A stretch of 64,000 bases of DNA, taken from Nemertoderma westbladi. Lineage: Eukaryota; Animalia; Xenacoelomorpha. The position numbers and the translations under genes are program-made. Below the pieces are notes generated by a model. It was not told where the DNA came from and ran no database searches. It worked only from the letters and a program-made list of their open reading frames with translations. The stretch covers positions 62,001 through 126,000 of the forward strand of contig JAUCBJ010005016.1 of the NCBI GenBank assembly GCA_032718475.1, given 5' to 3'. Every line of letters begins with the position of its first letter. Within the stretch, counting starts at the first letter, position 1. Of this stretch, positions 45,501 to 59,900 are shown piece after piece.

Positions 45501-47532
45501 ATATTGGTGATCTACTCGGACATCCCTTAGGTGATGGCGCTGGAGAGGAGGTCGGATTGCGAATATTGGTGATCTACTCGGACGTCCCTTAGGTGATGGC
45601 GTGTTCGTTGGAGAGGAGGTCGGATTCCGAATATTGGTGATCTACTCGGATGTCCCTTAGGTGATGGCGTGTTCATTGGAGAGGAGGTCGGATTCCGAAT
45701 ATTGGTGATCTACTCGGACATCCCTTAGGTGATGGTGTGTTCGTTGGAGAGGAGGTCGGATTGCGAATATTGGTGATCTACTCGGACGTCCCTTAGGTGA
45801 TGGCGCTGGAGATGAGGTCGGATTGCGAATATTGGTGATCTACTCGGACGTCCCTTAGGTGATGGCGCTGGAGAGGAGGTCGGATTCCGAATATTGGTGA
45901 TCTATTCGGACGTCCCTTAGGTGATGCGCGTTCGTTGGAGAGGAGGTCGGATTGCGAATATTGGTGATCTACTCGGACGTCCCTTGGGTGATGGCGCTGG
46001 AGAGGAGGTCGGATTCCGAATATTGGTGATCTACTCGGACGTCCCTTAGGTGATGGCGTGTTCGTTGGAGAGGAGGTCGGATTGCGAATATTGGTGATCT
46101 ACTCGGACGTCCCTTGGGTGATGGCGCTGGAGAGGAGGTCGGATACCGAATATTGGTGATCTACTCGGACGTCCCTTAGGTGATGGCGTGTTCGTTGGAG
46201 TGGAGGTCGGATTGCGAATATTGGTGATCTACTCGGACGTCCCTTAGGTGATGGCGCTGGAGAGGAGGTCGGATTGCGAATATTGGTGATCTACTCGGAC
46301 TTCCCTTAGGTGATGGCGTGTTCGTTGGAGAGGAGGTCGGATTCCGAATATTGGTGATCTACTCGGACGTCCCTTAGGTGATGGCGTGTTCGTTGGAGAG
46401 GAGGTCGGATTCCGAATATTGGTGATCTACTCGGACGTCCCTTAGGTGATGGTGTGTTCGTTGGAGAGGAGGTCGGATTGCGAATATTGGTGATCTACTC
46501 GGACGTCCCTTAGGTGATGGCGCTGGAAAGGAGGTCGGATTGCGAATATTGGTGATCTACTCGGACGTCCCTTAGGTGATGGCGCTGGAGAGGAGGTCGG
46601 ATTCCGAATATTGGTGATCTATTCGGACGTCCCTTAGGTGATGCGCGTTCGTTGGAGAGGAGGTCGGATTGCGAATATTGGTGATCTACTCGGACGTCCC
46701 TTGGGTGATGGCGCTGGAGAGGAGGTCGGATTCCGAATATTGGTGATCTACTCGGACGTCCCTTAGGTGATGGCGCTGGAGAGGAGGTCGGATTGCGAAT
46801 ATTGGTGATCTACTCAGACGTCCCTTGGGTGATGGCGCTGGAGAGGAGGTCGGATTCCGAATATTGGTGATCTACTCGGACGTCCCTTAGGTGATGGCGC
46901 TGGAGAGGAGGTCGGATTGCGAATATTGGTGATCTACTCGGACGTCCCTTAGGTGATGGCGCTGGAGAGGAGGTCGGATTGCGAATATTGGTGATCTACT
47001 CGGACGTCCCTTAGGTGATGGCGCTGGAGAGGAGGTCGGATTCCGAATATTGGTGATCTACTCGGACGTCCCTTAGGTGATGGCGCTGGAGAGGAGGTCG
47101 GATTGCGAATATTGGTGATCTACTCGGACGTCCCTTAGGTGATGGCGCTGGAGAGGAGGTCGGATTGCGAATATTGGTGATCTACTCGGACGTCCCTTAG
47201 GTGATGGCGCTGGAGAGGAGGTCGGATTCCGAATATTGGTGATCTACTCGGACGTCCCTTAGGTGATGGCGTGTTCGTTGGAGAGGAGGTCGGATTGCGA
47301 ATATTGGTGATCTACTCGGACGTCCCTTGGGTGATGGCGCTGGAGAGGAGGTCGGATTCCGAATATTGGTGATCTACTCGGACGTTCCTTAGGTGATGGC
47401 GCTGGAGAGGAGGTCGGATTGCGAATATTGGTGATCTACTCGGACGTCCCTTGGGTGATGGCGCTGGAGAGGAGGTCGGATTCCGAATATTGGTGATCTA
47501 CTCGGACGTCCCTTAGGTGATGGCGCGTTCGT
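39519..47532. repeat. Satellite array, 62-bp unit with ~66-68-bp variants (~125 copies)
   Basis: Unit TGGAGAGGAGGTCGGATT(G/C)CGAATATTGGTGATCTACTCGGACGTCCCTTAGGTGATGGCGC; long variants add GTTCGT. Confidence 0.98.
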
Positions 47533-47860
47533 AAAGTATGTAAGGCGCAACAAACTGCGTTACCTGCGGCTCCCCTCACTTTTTCAAAACAGCTAGTTTT
47601 TCCTTTTTTTTTGTAAGAAATTAAGTTCTAGAACATATATTATTGTTCTAGAACACTTTAAATAAGTAAATAAACTGAATTTTTATTTCTGGAGTTTTGT
47701 AGCGATTTGCATTCGAAATCTTAAAAATGTTTTTTCAATATTTATCAATGTAACGAAAACTGTGTTTCTAAAACACGCATGTAAATTCTAAATATTTGTT
47801 AAGTTAAGTGTATTATATATTATATTATATATCTATTTGTTACGGAAGCCCATAGCGGCC

Positions 47861-49010
47861 AGGGCACAAACATTAATGTGGGACACAAACATTAATGTGG
47901 GACACAAACATTAATGTGGGACACAAACATTAAAGAGGAACACAAACATTAATTAGGGACACAAACATTAATGAGGGACACACATTAATGAGGGACACAA
48001 ACATTAATGAGGGACACAAACATTAATGAGGAACACACATTAATGAGGGACACCAACATTAATGAGGAACACACATTAATGAGGGACACAAACATTAATG
48101 TGGGACACAAACATTAATGTGGGACACAAACATTAATGAGGGGCACATTAATGAGGGACACAAACATTAATGAGGGACACAAACATTAATGGGGGTCACA
48201 AACATTAAAGAGGAACACAAACATTAATTAGGGACACAAACATTAATGAGGGACACACATTAATGAGGGACACAAACATTAATGAGGGACACAAACATTA
48301 ATGAGGAACACACATTAATGAGGGACACCAACATTAATGAGGAACACACATTAATGAGGGACACAAACATTAATGAGGGACACACATTAATGAGGGACAC
48401 AAACATTAATGAATGACACAAACATTAATAAGGGACACAAACATTAATGAGGGACACACATTAATGAGGGACACAAACATTAATGAGGGACACACATTAA
48501 TGAGGGACACAAACATTAATGAGGGACACACATTAATGAGGGACACAAACATTAATGAGGGACACACATTAATGAGGGACACATATTAATGAGGGACACA
48601 AACATTAATAAGGGACAAACATTAATCAGAGGGACAAACATTAATGAGGGACACAAACATTAATTGAGGGGCACAAACATTAATGAGGGACACAAACATT
48701 AATGAGGGACACAAACATTAATGAGGGACACACATTAATGAGGGACACAAACATTAATGAGGGACACAAACATTAAAGAGGGACACAAATTAATGAGGGA
48801 CACAAACATTAATGAGGGACACACATTAATGAGGGACACAAACATTATTGAGGGACACACATTAATGAGGGACACAAACATTAATGAGGGACACAAACAT
48901 TAAAGAGGAACACAAACATTAATTAGGCAAACAAACATTAATGAGGGACACAAACATTAAAGAGGAACACAAACATTAATTAGGCAAACAAACATTAATG
49001 AGGGACATCT
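47861..49010 (+). repeat. 19/17-bp minisatellite GGGACAC(AA)ACATTAATGA
   Basis: Tandem array seen directly. Confidence 0.97.
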
Positions 49011-49479
49011 TAATAGTTAATAGACACCTTAATAATTTGTCTATGCCTAGGGGCCACACATATGCTTAATCCAGCTCTGGGGGGACACCTTAATGGGGTC
49101 AATGCTTCCCAATGAATATTAATAAGGGCGATGGCGATGCTTGCCTTCAGACATTATTAGATATTGATTAGCTCAAAATGTAGACAATTACAATTCCATG
49201 TAGTTCCAGAAGGATGCCTATTAAGCTATATTTAATATCTTTGTTGCCGTTGAAGGGTGATAATGTTTACAGTGTGGGATAGGGAAAATGCTAGGTACTG
49301 CTAGCCGTAATAATGAAACTATTTAAACTATTCAATATAAATCCGGTGAGGTAGAAATAGTTTTGATGCATTTGTGGTATAAGTTTCTGTGATGGAACTT
49401 GTAAACTTGTAAGCAAGCATATTATGTGTGATTTGAAAAGTCATTGGTCATCAATAAAAAGATCATCAATGAAAGGTGT

Positions 49480-49943
49480 CATTAATGTTTGTGCCCCTTA
49501 TTAATGTTTGTGTCCCTCAATAATGTTTGTGTCCCTCATTAATGTGTGTCCCTCAATAATGTTTGTGTCCCTCATTAATGTTTGTGTCCCTCATTAATGT
49601 GTGTCCCTCATTAATGTGTGTCCCTCAATAATGTTTGTGTCCCTCATTAATGTTTGTGTCCCTCAATAATGTGTGTCCCTCAATAATGTTTGTGTCCCTC
49701 ATTAATGTTTGTGTCCCTCATTAATGTGTGTCCCTCAATAATGTTTGTGTCCCTCATTAATGTTTGTGTCCCTCATTAATGTTTGTGTCCCTCATTAATG
49801 TGTGTCCCTCAATAATGTTTGTGTCCCTCATTAATGTTTGTGTCCCTCAATAATGTTTGTGTCCCTCATTAATGTTTGTGCCCCTTATTAATGTGTGTCC
49901 CTCATTAATGTTTGTGCCCCTTATTAATGTGTGTCCCTCATTA
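49480..49943 (-). repeat. Same 19/17-bp minisatellite in inverted orientation
   Basis: Tandem TCATTAATGT(TT)GTGTCCC units. Confidence 0.97.
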
Positions 49944-50474
49944 GGGTGAGTGAGGGAGACTTGACTTTAGGGGAGACTTGATTTTTTTTAATAACTCAAA
50001 AACGATTGTAAATTATTTAACAATACCACACAAAAATGTGTAAAATACATGTTGGCTACACCCGTGCAACAATGTTTTATTACCTTTTGGTTATTTTTTG
50101 TTTTATTGTCAATAAACGTTTTCTGGATTCAAAAGTAAATTTTTGCCCTTTACAACGAATGAAATATCGCATCCTTATTTTACTGTATGTTAATTGTAAT
50201 TCACACCATCTGTTGACTAATTATTGTGAACTATCCTGCCATATATTGTTTTCCAGTTTTGGTTCAGCCGTTTTGAAATTATATCAATTAATATAAAAAA
50301 AGCCCATGTGGGGAGACATGACGCACGAGTGTGAGGGAGACTTGAAGCCTTCAATGCTGACGTCTACCTAGAGATACACCCACGTAGAGAACCTTTACAT
50401 CAGAGCACTCCAACTAGTTGAGCGGCACTTACACAGACCAAGCTATCAATGGAATGTGAATACAATGGAGTGGC

Positions 50475-50475
<1 letters not shown>

Positions 50476-50502
<27 letters not shown>
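50476..50502. repeat. (AG)n microsatellite
   Basis: Seen directly. Confidence 0.9.
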
Positions 50503-50507
<5 letters not shown>

Positions 50508-50978
50508 AGCCAACCAACTCTTCCTTCCCTCTTTGCAATGTAATTAGTAGCCCGCCAACTGGGTGATTGACAGATTAAACACGTTGTGGGGTCTTCGAGC
50601 AGCACGTGTTCAAATGTTCAGGCACGTGTTCAAATGTTCAATGACTGAGCAGCGACTAGTTAACAAATTTATGAGACTATTTTTTTACTTAATTAAAGTA
50701 TAAATAAAACACATGAGAAATAATATTATAAAATATTACACGGAACAAAATGTAAAATACAATACAACTACTATTACTAACGGAATTATACGGTATGATT
50801 TCATAGTATAGCTCTCACTAAATATTAATATATTTAGTTGAAATCGAGACACACAAATAATATGAATAGATATATCACCAAGAATATACAAATACTGAAT
50901 GAACAATATTTAAATGTGACACATATAGTTAGTTAATATAATTAATTAGACAGGCAGTTTTATTATAGATATATAAAA

Positions 50979-53900
50979 CTAATGGAGCGGGAGTATATGA
51001 CGTAGTTTGTAGAAGAGACCACCGGTCCTAATGGAGCGGGAGTATATGACGTAGTTTGTAGAAGGGACCACTGGTCCTAATGGAGCGGGAGTATGTGACG
51101 TAGTTTGTAGAAGAGACCACCGGTCCTAATGGAGCGGGAGTATATGACGTAGTTTGTAGAAGGGACCACTGGTCCTAATGGAGCGGGAGTATATGACGTA
51201 GTTTGTAGAAGAGACCACCAGTCCTAGTGGAGCGGGAGTATATGACGTAGTTTGTAGAAGGGACCACTGGTCCTAGTGGAGCGGGAGTATATGACGTAGT
51301 TTGTAGAAGGGACCACCAGTCCTAGTGGAGCGGGAGTATATGACGTAGTTTGTAGAAGGGACCACCGGTCCTAATGGAGCGGGAGTATATGACGTAGTTT
51401 GTAGAAGGGACCACTGGTCCTAATGGAGCGGGAGTATATGACGTAGTTTGTAGAAGGGACCACCGGTCCTAATGGAGCGGGAGTATATGACGTAGTTTGT
51501 AGAAGGGACCACTGGTCCTAGTGGAGCGGGAGTATATTACGTAGTTTGTAGAAGGGACCACCAGTCCTAGTGGAGCGGGAGTATATGACGTAGTTTGTAG
51601 AAGGGACCACCGGTCCTAATGGAGCGGGAGTATATGACGTAGTTTGTAGAAGGGACCACCAGTCCTAGTGGAGCGGGAGTATATGACGTAGTTTGTAGAA
51701 GAGACCACCGGTCCTAATGGAGCGGGAGTATATGACGTAGTTTGTAGAAGGGACCACTGGTCCTAATGGAGCGGGAGTATATGACGTAGTTTGTAGAAGA
51801 GACCACCAGTCCTAGTGGAGCGGGAGTATATGACGTAGTTTGTAGAAGGGACCACCAGTCCTAGTGGAGCGGGAGTATATGACGTAGTTTGTAGAAGGGA
51901 CCACTGGTCCTAGTGGAGCGGGAGTATATGACGTAGTTTGTAGAAGGGACCACCAGACCTAATGGAGTGGGAGTATATGACGTAGTTTGTAGAAGAGACC
52001 ACTGGTCCTAGTGGAGCGGGAGTATATGACGTAGTTTGTAGAAGAGACCACTGGTCCTAATGGAGCGGGAGTATATGACGTAGTTTGTAGAAGAGACCAC
52101 CGGTCCTAATGGAGCGGGAGTATATGATGTAGTTTGTGAGCGGGAGTATATGACGTAGTTTGTAGAAGGGACCACCAGTCCTAGTGGAGCGGGAGTATAT
52201 GACGTAGTTTGTAGAAGGGACCACCGGTCCTAATGGAGCGGGAGTATATGACGTAGTTTGTAGAAGGGACCACTGGTCCTAATGGAGCGGGAGTATATGA
52301 CGTAGTTTGTAGAAGGGACCACCGGTCCTAATGGAGCGGGAGTATATGACGTAGTTTGTAGAAGGGACCACTGGTCCTAGTGGAGCGGGAGTATATTACG
52401 TAGTTTGTAGAAGGGACCACCAGTCCTAGTGGAGCGGGAGTATATGACGTAGTTTGTAGAAGGGACCACCGGTCCTAATGGAGCGGGAGTATATGACGTA
52501 GTTTGTAGAAGGGACCACCAGTCCTAGTGGAGCGGGAGTATATGACGTAGTTTGTAGAAGAGACCACCGGTCCTAATGGAGCGGGAGTATATGACGTAGT
52601 TTGTAGAAGGGACCACTGGTCCTAATGGAGCGGGAGTATATGACGTAGTTTGTAGAAGAGACCACCAGTCCTAGTGGAGCGGGAGTATATGACGTAGTTT
52701 GTAGAAGGGACCACCAGTCCTAGTGGAGCGGGAGTATATGACGTAGTTTGTAGAAGGGACCACTGGTCCTAGTGGAGCGGGAGTATATGACGTAGTTTGT
52801 AGAAGGGACCACCAGACCTAATGGAGTGGGAGTATATGACGTAGTTTGTAGAAGAGACCACTGGTCCTAATGGAGCGGGAGTATATGACGTAGTTTGTAG
52901 AAGAGACCACCAGTCCTAGTGGAGCGGGAGTATATGACGTAGTTTGTAGAAGGGACCACTGGTCCTAGTGGAGCGGGAGTATGTGACGTAGTTTGTAGAA
53001 GGGACCACTGGTCCTAATGGAGCGGGAGTATATGACGTAGTTTGTAGAAGAGACCACCAGTCCTAGTGGAGCGGGAGTATATGACGTAGTTTGTAGAAGG
53101 GACCACTGGTCCTAATGGAGCGGGAGTATATGACGTAGTTTGTAGAAGGGACCACCAGTCCTAGTGGAGCGGGAGTATATGACGTAGTTTGTAGAAGAGA
53201 CCACCGGTCCTAGTGGAGCAGGAGTATATGACGTAGTTTGTAGAAGGGACCACCAGTCCTAGTGGAGCGGGAGTATATGACGTAGTTTGTAGAAGAGACC
53301 ACCGGTCCTAGTGGAGCGGGAGTATATGACGTAGTTTGTAGAAGAGACCACCGGTCCTAGTGGAGCGGGAGTATATGACGTAGTTTGTAGAAGGGACCAC
53401 TGGTCCTAATGGAGCGGGAGTATATGACGTAGTTTGTAGAAGAGACCACCGGTCCTAGTGGAGCGGGAGTATATGACGTAGTTTGTAGAAGGGACCACCA
53501 GTCCTAGTGGAGCGGGAGTATATGACGTAGTTTGTAGAAGAGACCACCGGTCCTAGTGGAGCGGGAGTATATGACGTAGTTTGTAGAAGGGACCACTGGT
53601 CCTAATGGAGCGGGAGTATATGACGTAGTTTGTAGAAGAGACCACCAGTCCTAGTGGAGCGGGAGTATATGACGTAGTTTGTAGAAGGGACCACTGGTCC
53701 TAATGGAGCGGGAGTATATGACGTAGTTTGTAGAAGGGACCACCAGTCCTAGTGGAGCGGGAGTATATGACGTAGTTTGTAGAAGAGACCACCAGTCCTA
53801 GTGGAGCGGGAGTATATGACGTAGTTTGTAGAAGGGACCACTGGTCCTAATGGAGCGGGAGTATATGACGTAGTTTGTAGAAGAGACCACCAGTCCTAGT

Positions 53901-56900
53901 GGAGCGGGAGTATATGACGTAGTTTGTAGAAGGGACCACCAGTCCTAATGGAGCGGGAGTATATGACGTAGTTTGTAGAAGGGACCACTGGTCCTAATGG
54001 AGCGGGAGTATATGACGTAGTTTGTAGAAGAGAGCACCAGTCCTAGTGGAGCGGGAGTATATGACGTAGTTTGTAGAAGGGACCACTGGTCCTAATGGAG
54101 CGGGAGTATATGACGTAGTTTGTAGAAGGGACCACTGGTCCTAATGGAGCGGGAGTATATGACGTAGTTTGTAGAAGGGACCACTGGTCCTAATGGAGCG
54201 GGAGTATATGACGTAGTTTGTAGAAGGGACCACTGGTCCTAATGGAGCGGGAGTATATGACGTAGTTTGTAGAAGAGACCACCAGTCCTAGTGGAGCGGG
54301 AGTATATGACGTAGTTTGTAGAAGGGACCACCAGTCCTAATGGAGCGGGAGTATATGATGTAGTTTGTAGAAGGGACCACTGGTCCTAATGGAGCGGGAG
54401 TATATGACGTAGTTTGTAGAAGGGACCACCAGTCCTAATGGAGCGGGAGTATATGATGTAGTTTGTAGAAGGGACCACTGGTCCTAATGGAGCGGGAGTA
54501 TATGACGTAGTTTGTAGAAGAGACCACCAGTCCTAGTGGAGCGGGAGTATATGACGTAGTTTGTAGAAGGGACCACCAGTCCTAATGGAGCAGGAGTATG
54601 TGATGTAGTTTGTAGAAGAGACCACCGGTCCTAATGGAGCGGGAGTATATGATGTAGTTTGTAGAAGAGACCACTGGTCCTAATGGAGCAGGAGTATATG
54701 ACGTAGTTTGTAGAAGAGACCACTGGTCCTAATGGAGCGGGAGTATATGATGTAGTTTGTAGAAGAGACCACTGGTCCTAATGGAGCGGGAGTATATGAC
54801 GTAGTTTGTAGAAGAGACCACCAGTCCTAGTGGAGCGGGAGTATATGACGTAGTTTGTAGAAGGGACCACCGGTCCTAATGGAGCGGGAGTATATGATGT
54901 AGTTTGTAGAAGAGACCACTGGTCCTAATGGAGCGGGAGTATATGACGTAGTTTGTAGAAGAGACCACCAGTCCTAGTGGAGCGGGAGTATATGACGTAG
55001 TTTGTAGAAGAGACCACCAGTCCTAATGGAGCAGGAGTATATGATGTAGTTTGTAGAAGAGACCACCGGTCCTAATGGAGCGGGAGTATATGATGTAGTT
55101 TGTAGAAGAGACCACCAGTCCTAATGGAGCAGGAGTATATGATGTAGTTTGTAGAAGAGACCACTGGTCCTAATGGAGCGGGAGTATATGACGTAGTTTG
55201 TAGAAGAGACCACCAGTCCTAGTGGAGCGGGAGTATATGACGTAGTTTGTAGAAGGGACCACTGGTCCTAATGGAGCGGGAGTATATGACGTAGTTTGTA
55301 GAAGAGACCACTGGTCCTAATGGAGCGGGAGTATATGACGTAGTTTGTAGAAGAGACCACCAGTCCTAGTGGAGCGGGAGTATATGACGTAGTTTGTAGA
55401 AGGGACCACTGGTCCTAATGGAGCGGGAGTATATGATGTAGTTTGTAGAAGGGACCACTGGTCCTAATGGAGCGGGAGTATATGACGTAGTTTGTAGAAG
55501 GGACCACTGGTCCTAATGGAGCGGGAGTATATGACGTAGTTTGTAGAAGGGACCACTGGTCCTAATGGAGCGGGAGTATATGACGTAGTTTGTAGAAGGG
55601 ACCACTGGTCCTAATGGAGCGGGAGTATATGATGTAGTTTGTAGAAGAGACCACCAGTCCTAGTGGAGCGGGAGTATATGATGTAGTTTGTAGAAGAGAC
55701 CACCAGTCCTAGTGGAGCGGGAGTATATGACGTAGTTTGTAGAAGGGACCACTGGTCCTAATGGAGCGGGAGTATATGACGTAGTTTGTAGAAGGGACCA
55801 CTGGTCCTAATGGAGCGGGAGTATATGACGTAGTTTGTAGAAGGGACCACTGGTCCTAATGGAGCGGGAGTATATGATGTAGTTTGTAGAAGAGACCACC
55901 AGTCCTAGTGGAGCGGGAGTATATGATGTAGTTTGTAGAAGAGACCACCAGTTCTAGTGGAGCGGGAGTATATGACGTAGTTTGTAGAAGGGACCACTGG
56001 TCCTAATGGAGCGGGAGTATATGACGTAGTTTGTAGAAGGGACCACTGGTCCTAATGGAGCGGGAGTATATGACGTAGTTTGTAGAAGGGACCACTGGTC
56101 CTAATGGAGCGGGAGTATATGATGTAGTTTGTAGAAGAGACCACCAGTCCTAGTGGAGCGGGAGTATGTGATGTAGTTTGTAGAAGAGACCACTGGTCCT
56201 AATGGAGCGGGAGTATATGACGTAGTTTGTAGAAGGGACCACTGGTCCTAATGGAGCGGGAGTATATGACGTAGTTTGTAGAAGGGACCACTGGTCCTAA
56301 TGGAGCGGGAGTATATGATGTAGTTTGTAGAAGAGACCACCAGTCCTAGTGGAGCGGGAGTATATGATGTAGTTTGTAGAAGGGACCACCAGTCCTAGTG
56401 GAGCGGGAGTATATGACGTAGTTTGTAGAAGGGACCACTGGTCCTAATGGAGCGGGAGTATATGACGTAGTTTGTAGAAGGGACCACTGGTCCTAATGGA
56501 GCGGGAGTATATGACGTAGTTTGTAGAAGAGACCACTGGTCCTAATGGAGCGGGAGTATATGACGTAGTTTGTAGAAGGGACCACTGGTCCTAATGGAGC
56601 GGGAGTATATGACGTAGTTTGTAGAAGAGACCACCAGTCCTAGTGGAGCGGGAGTATATGACGTAGTTTGTAGAAGGGACCACTGGTCCTAATGGAGCGG
56701 GAGTATATGACGTAGTTTGTAGAAGAGACCACCAGTCCTAGTGGAGCGGGAGTATATGACGTAGTTTGTAGAAGGGACCACTGGTCCTAATGGAGCGGGA
56801 GTATATGACGTAGTTTGTAGAAGAGACCACCAGTCCTAATGGAGCGGGAGTATATGACGTAGTTTGTAGAAGGGACCACTGGTCCTAATGGAGCGGGAGT

Positions 56901-59900
56901 ATATGACGTAGTTTGTAGAAGAGACCACCAGTCCTAGTGGAGCGGGAGTATATGACGTAGTTTGTAGAAGGGACCACTGGTCCTAATGGAGCGGGAGTAT
57001 ATGACGTAGTTTGTAGAAGGGACCACTGGTCCTAATGGAGCGGGAGTATATGACGTAGTTTGTAGAAGAGACCACCAGTCCTAGTGGAGCGGGAGTATAT
57101 GATGTAGTTTGTAGAAGGGACCACCAGTCCTAGTGGAGCGGGAGTATATGACGTAGTTTGTAGAAGGGACCACTGGTCCTAATGGAGCGGGAGTATATGA
57201 CGTAGTTTGTAGAAGGGACCACTGGTCCTAATGGAGCGGGAGTATATGACGTAGTTTGTAGAAGAGACCACCGGTCCTAATGGAGCAGGAGTATATGACG
57301 TAGTTTGTAGAAGAGACCACCAGTCCTAGTGGAGCGGGAGTATATGATGTAGTTTGTAGAAGAGACCACCAGTCCTAATGGAGCGGGAGTATATGACGTA
57401 GTTTGTAGAAGGGACCACTGGTCCTAATGGAGCGGGAGTATATGACGTAGTTTGTAGAAGAGACCACTGGTCCTAATGGAGCGGGAGTATATAATGTAGT
57501 TTGTAGAAGAGACCACTGGTCCTAATGGAGCGGGAGTATATGACGTAGTTTGTAGAAGAGACCACCAGTCCTAGTGGAGCGGGAGTATATGACGTAGTTT
57601 GTAGAAGAGACCACTGGTCCTAATGGAGCGGGAGTATATAATGTAGTTTGTAGAAGAGACCACTGGTCCTAATGGAGCGGGAGTATATGACGTAGTTTGT
57701 AGAAGAGACCACCAGTCCTAGTGGAGCGGGAGTATATGACGTAGTTTGTAGAAGAGACCACTGGTCCTAATGGAGCGGGAGTATATGACGTAGTTTGTAG
57801 AAGGGACCACTGGTCCTAATGGAGCGGGAGTATATGATGTAGTTTGTAGAAGGGACCACCTGTCCTAGTGGAGCGGGAGTATATGATGTAGTTTGTAGAA
57901 GAGACCACTGGTCCTAATGGAGCGGGAGTATATGACGTAGTTTGTAGAAGGGACCACTGGTCCTAATGGAGCGGGAGTATATGATGTAGTTTGTAGAAGA
58001 GACCACCAGTCCTAGTGGAGCGGGAGTATATGACGTAGTTTGTAGAAGGGACCACTGGTCCTAATGGAGCGGGAGTATATGACGTAGTTTGTAGAAGGGA
58101 CCACTGGTCCTAATGGAGCGGGAGTATATGACGTAGTTTGTAGAAGAGACCACCAGTCCTAGTGGAGCGGGAGTATATGACGTAGTTTGTAGAAGGGACC
58201 ACCAGTCCTAATGGAGCGGGAGTATATGACGTAGTTTGTAGAAGGGACCACTGGTCCTAATGGAGCGGGAGTATATGGCGTAGTTTGTAGAAGGGACCAC
58301 CGGTCCTAATGGAGCGGGAGTATATGATGTAGTTTGTAGAAGAGACCACTGGTCCTAATGGAGCGGGGGTATATGACGTAGTTTGTAGAAGAGACCACCG
58401 GTCCTAATGGAGCGGGGGTATATGACGTAGTTTGTAGAAGAGACCACCGGTCCTAATGGAGCGGGAGTATATGACGTAGTTTGTAGAAGGGACCACCGGT
58501 CCTAATGGAGCGGGAGTATATGGCGTAGTTTGTAGAAGGGACCACCGGTCCTAATGGAGCGGGAGTATATGACGTAGTTTGTAGAAGGGACCACCGGTCC
58601 TAATGGAGCGGGAGTATATGGCGTAGTTTGTAGAAGGGACCACCGGTCCTAATGGAGCGGGAGTATATGATGTAGTTTGTAGAAGAGACCACTGGTCCTA
58701 ATGGAGCGGGGGTATATGACGTAGTTTGTAGAAGAGACCACCGGTCCTAATGGAGCGGGGGTATATGACGTAGTTTGTAGAAGAGACCACCGGTCCTAAT
58801 GGAGCGGGAGTATATGACGTAGTTTGTAGAAGGGACCACCGGTCCTAATGGAGCGGGAGTATATGGCGTAGTTTGTAGAAGGGACCACTGGTCCTAATGG
58901 AGCGGGAGTATATGACGTAGTTTGTAGAAGGGACCACCGGTCCTAATGGAGCGGGAGTATATGGCGTAGTTTGTAGAAGGGACCACCGGTCCTAATGGAG
59001 CGGGAGTATATGATGTAGTTTGTAGAAGAGACCACTGGTCCTAATGGAGCGGGGGTATATGACGTAGTTTGTAGAAGAGACCACTGGTCCTAATGGAGCG
59101 GGAGTATATGATGTAGTTTGTAGAAGGGACCACTGGTCCTAATGGAGCGGGAGTATATGACGTAGTTTGTAGAAGGGACCACTGGTCCTAGTGGAGCGGG
59201 AGTATATGATGTAGTTTGTAGAAGAGACCACTGGTCCTAATGGAGCGGGAGTATATGATGTAGTTTGTAGAAGGGACCACTGGTCCTAATGGAGCGGGAG
59301 TATATGACGTAGTTTGTAGGAGGGACCACCAGTCCTAATGGAGCGGGAGTATATGACGTAGTTTGTAGAAGAGACCACTGGTCCTAATGGAGCGGGAGTA
59401 TATGACGTAGTTTGTAGAAGAGACCACTGGTCCTAATGGAGCGGGAGTATATGACGTAGTTTGTAGAAGGGACCACCAGTCCTAATGGAGCGGGAGTATA
59501 TGATGTAGTTTGTAGAAGAGACCACCGGTCCTACTGGAGCGGGAGTATATGACGTAGTTTGTAGAAGGGACCACTGGTCCTAATGGAGCGGGAGTATATG
59601 ACGTAGTTTGTAGAAGGGACCACTGGTCCTAATGGAGCGGGAGTATATGACGTAGTTTGTAGGAGGGACCACCAGTCCTAATGGAGCGGGAGTATATGAC
59701 GTAGTTTGTAGAAGGGACCACTGGTCCTAGTGGAGCGGGAGTATATGACGTAGTTTGTAGGAGGGACCACCAGTCCTAATGGAGCGGGAGTATATGACGT
59801 AGTTTGTAGAAGGGACCACTGGTCCTAATGGAGCGGGAGTATATGGCGTAGTTTGTAGAAGGGACCACCAGTCCTAATGGAGCGGGAGTATATGATGTAG

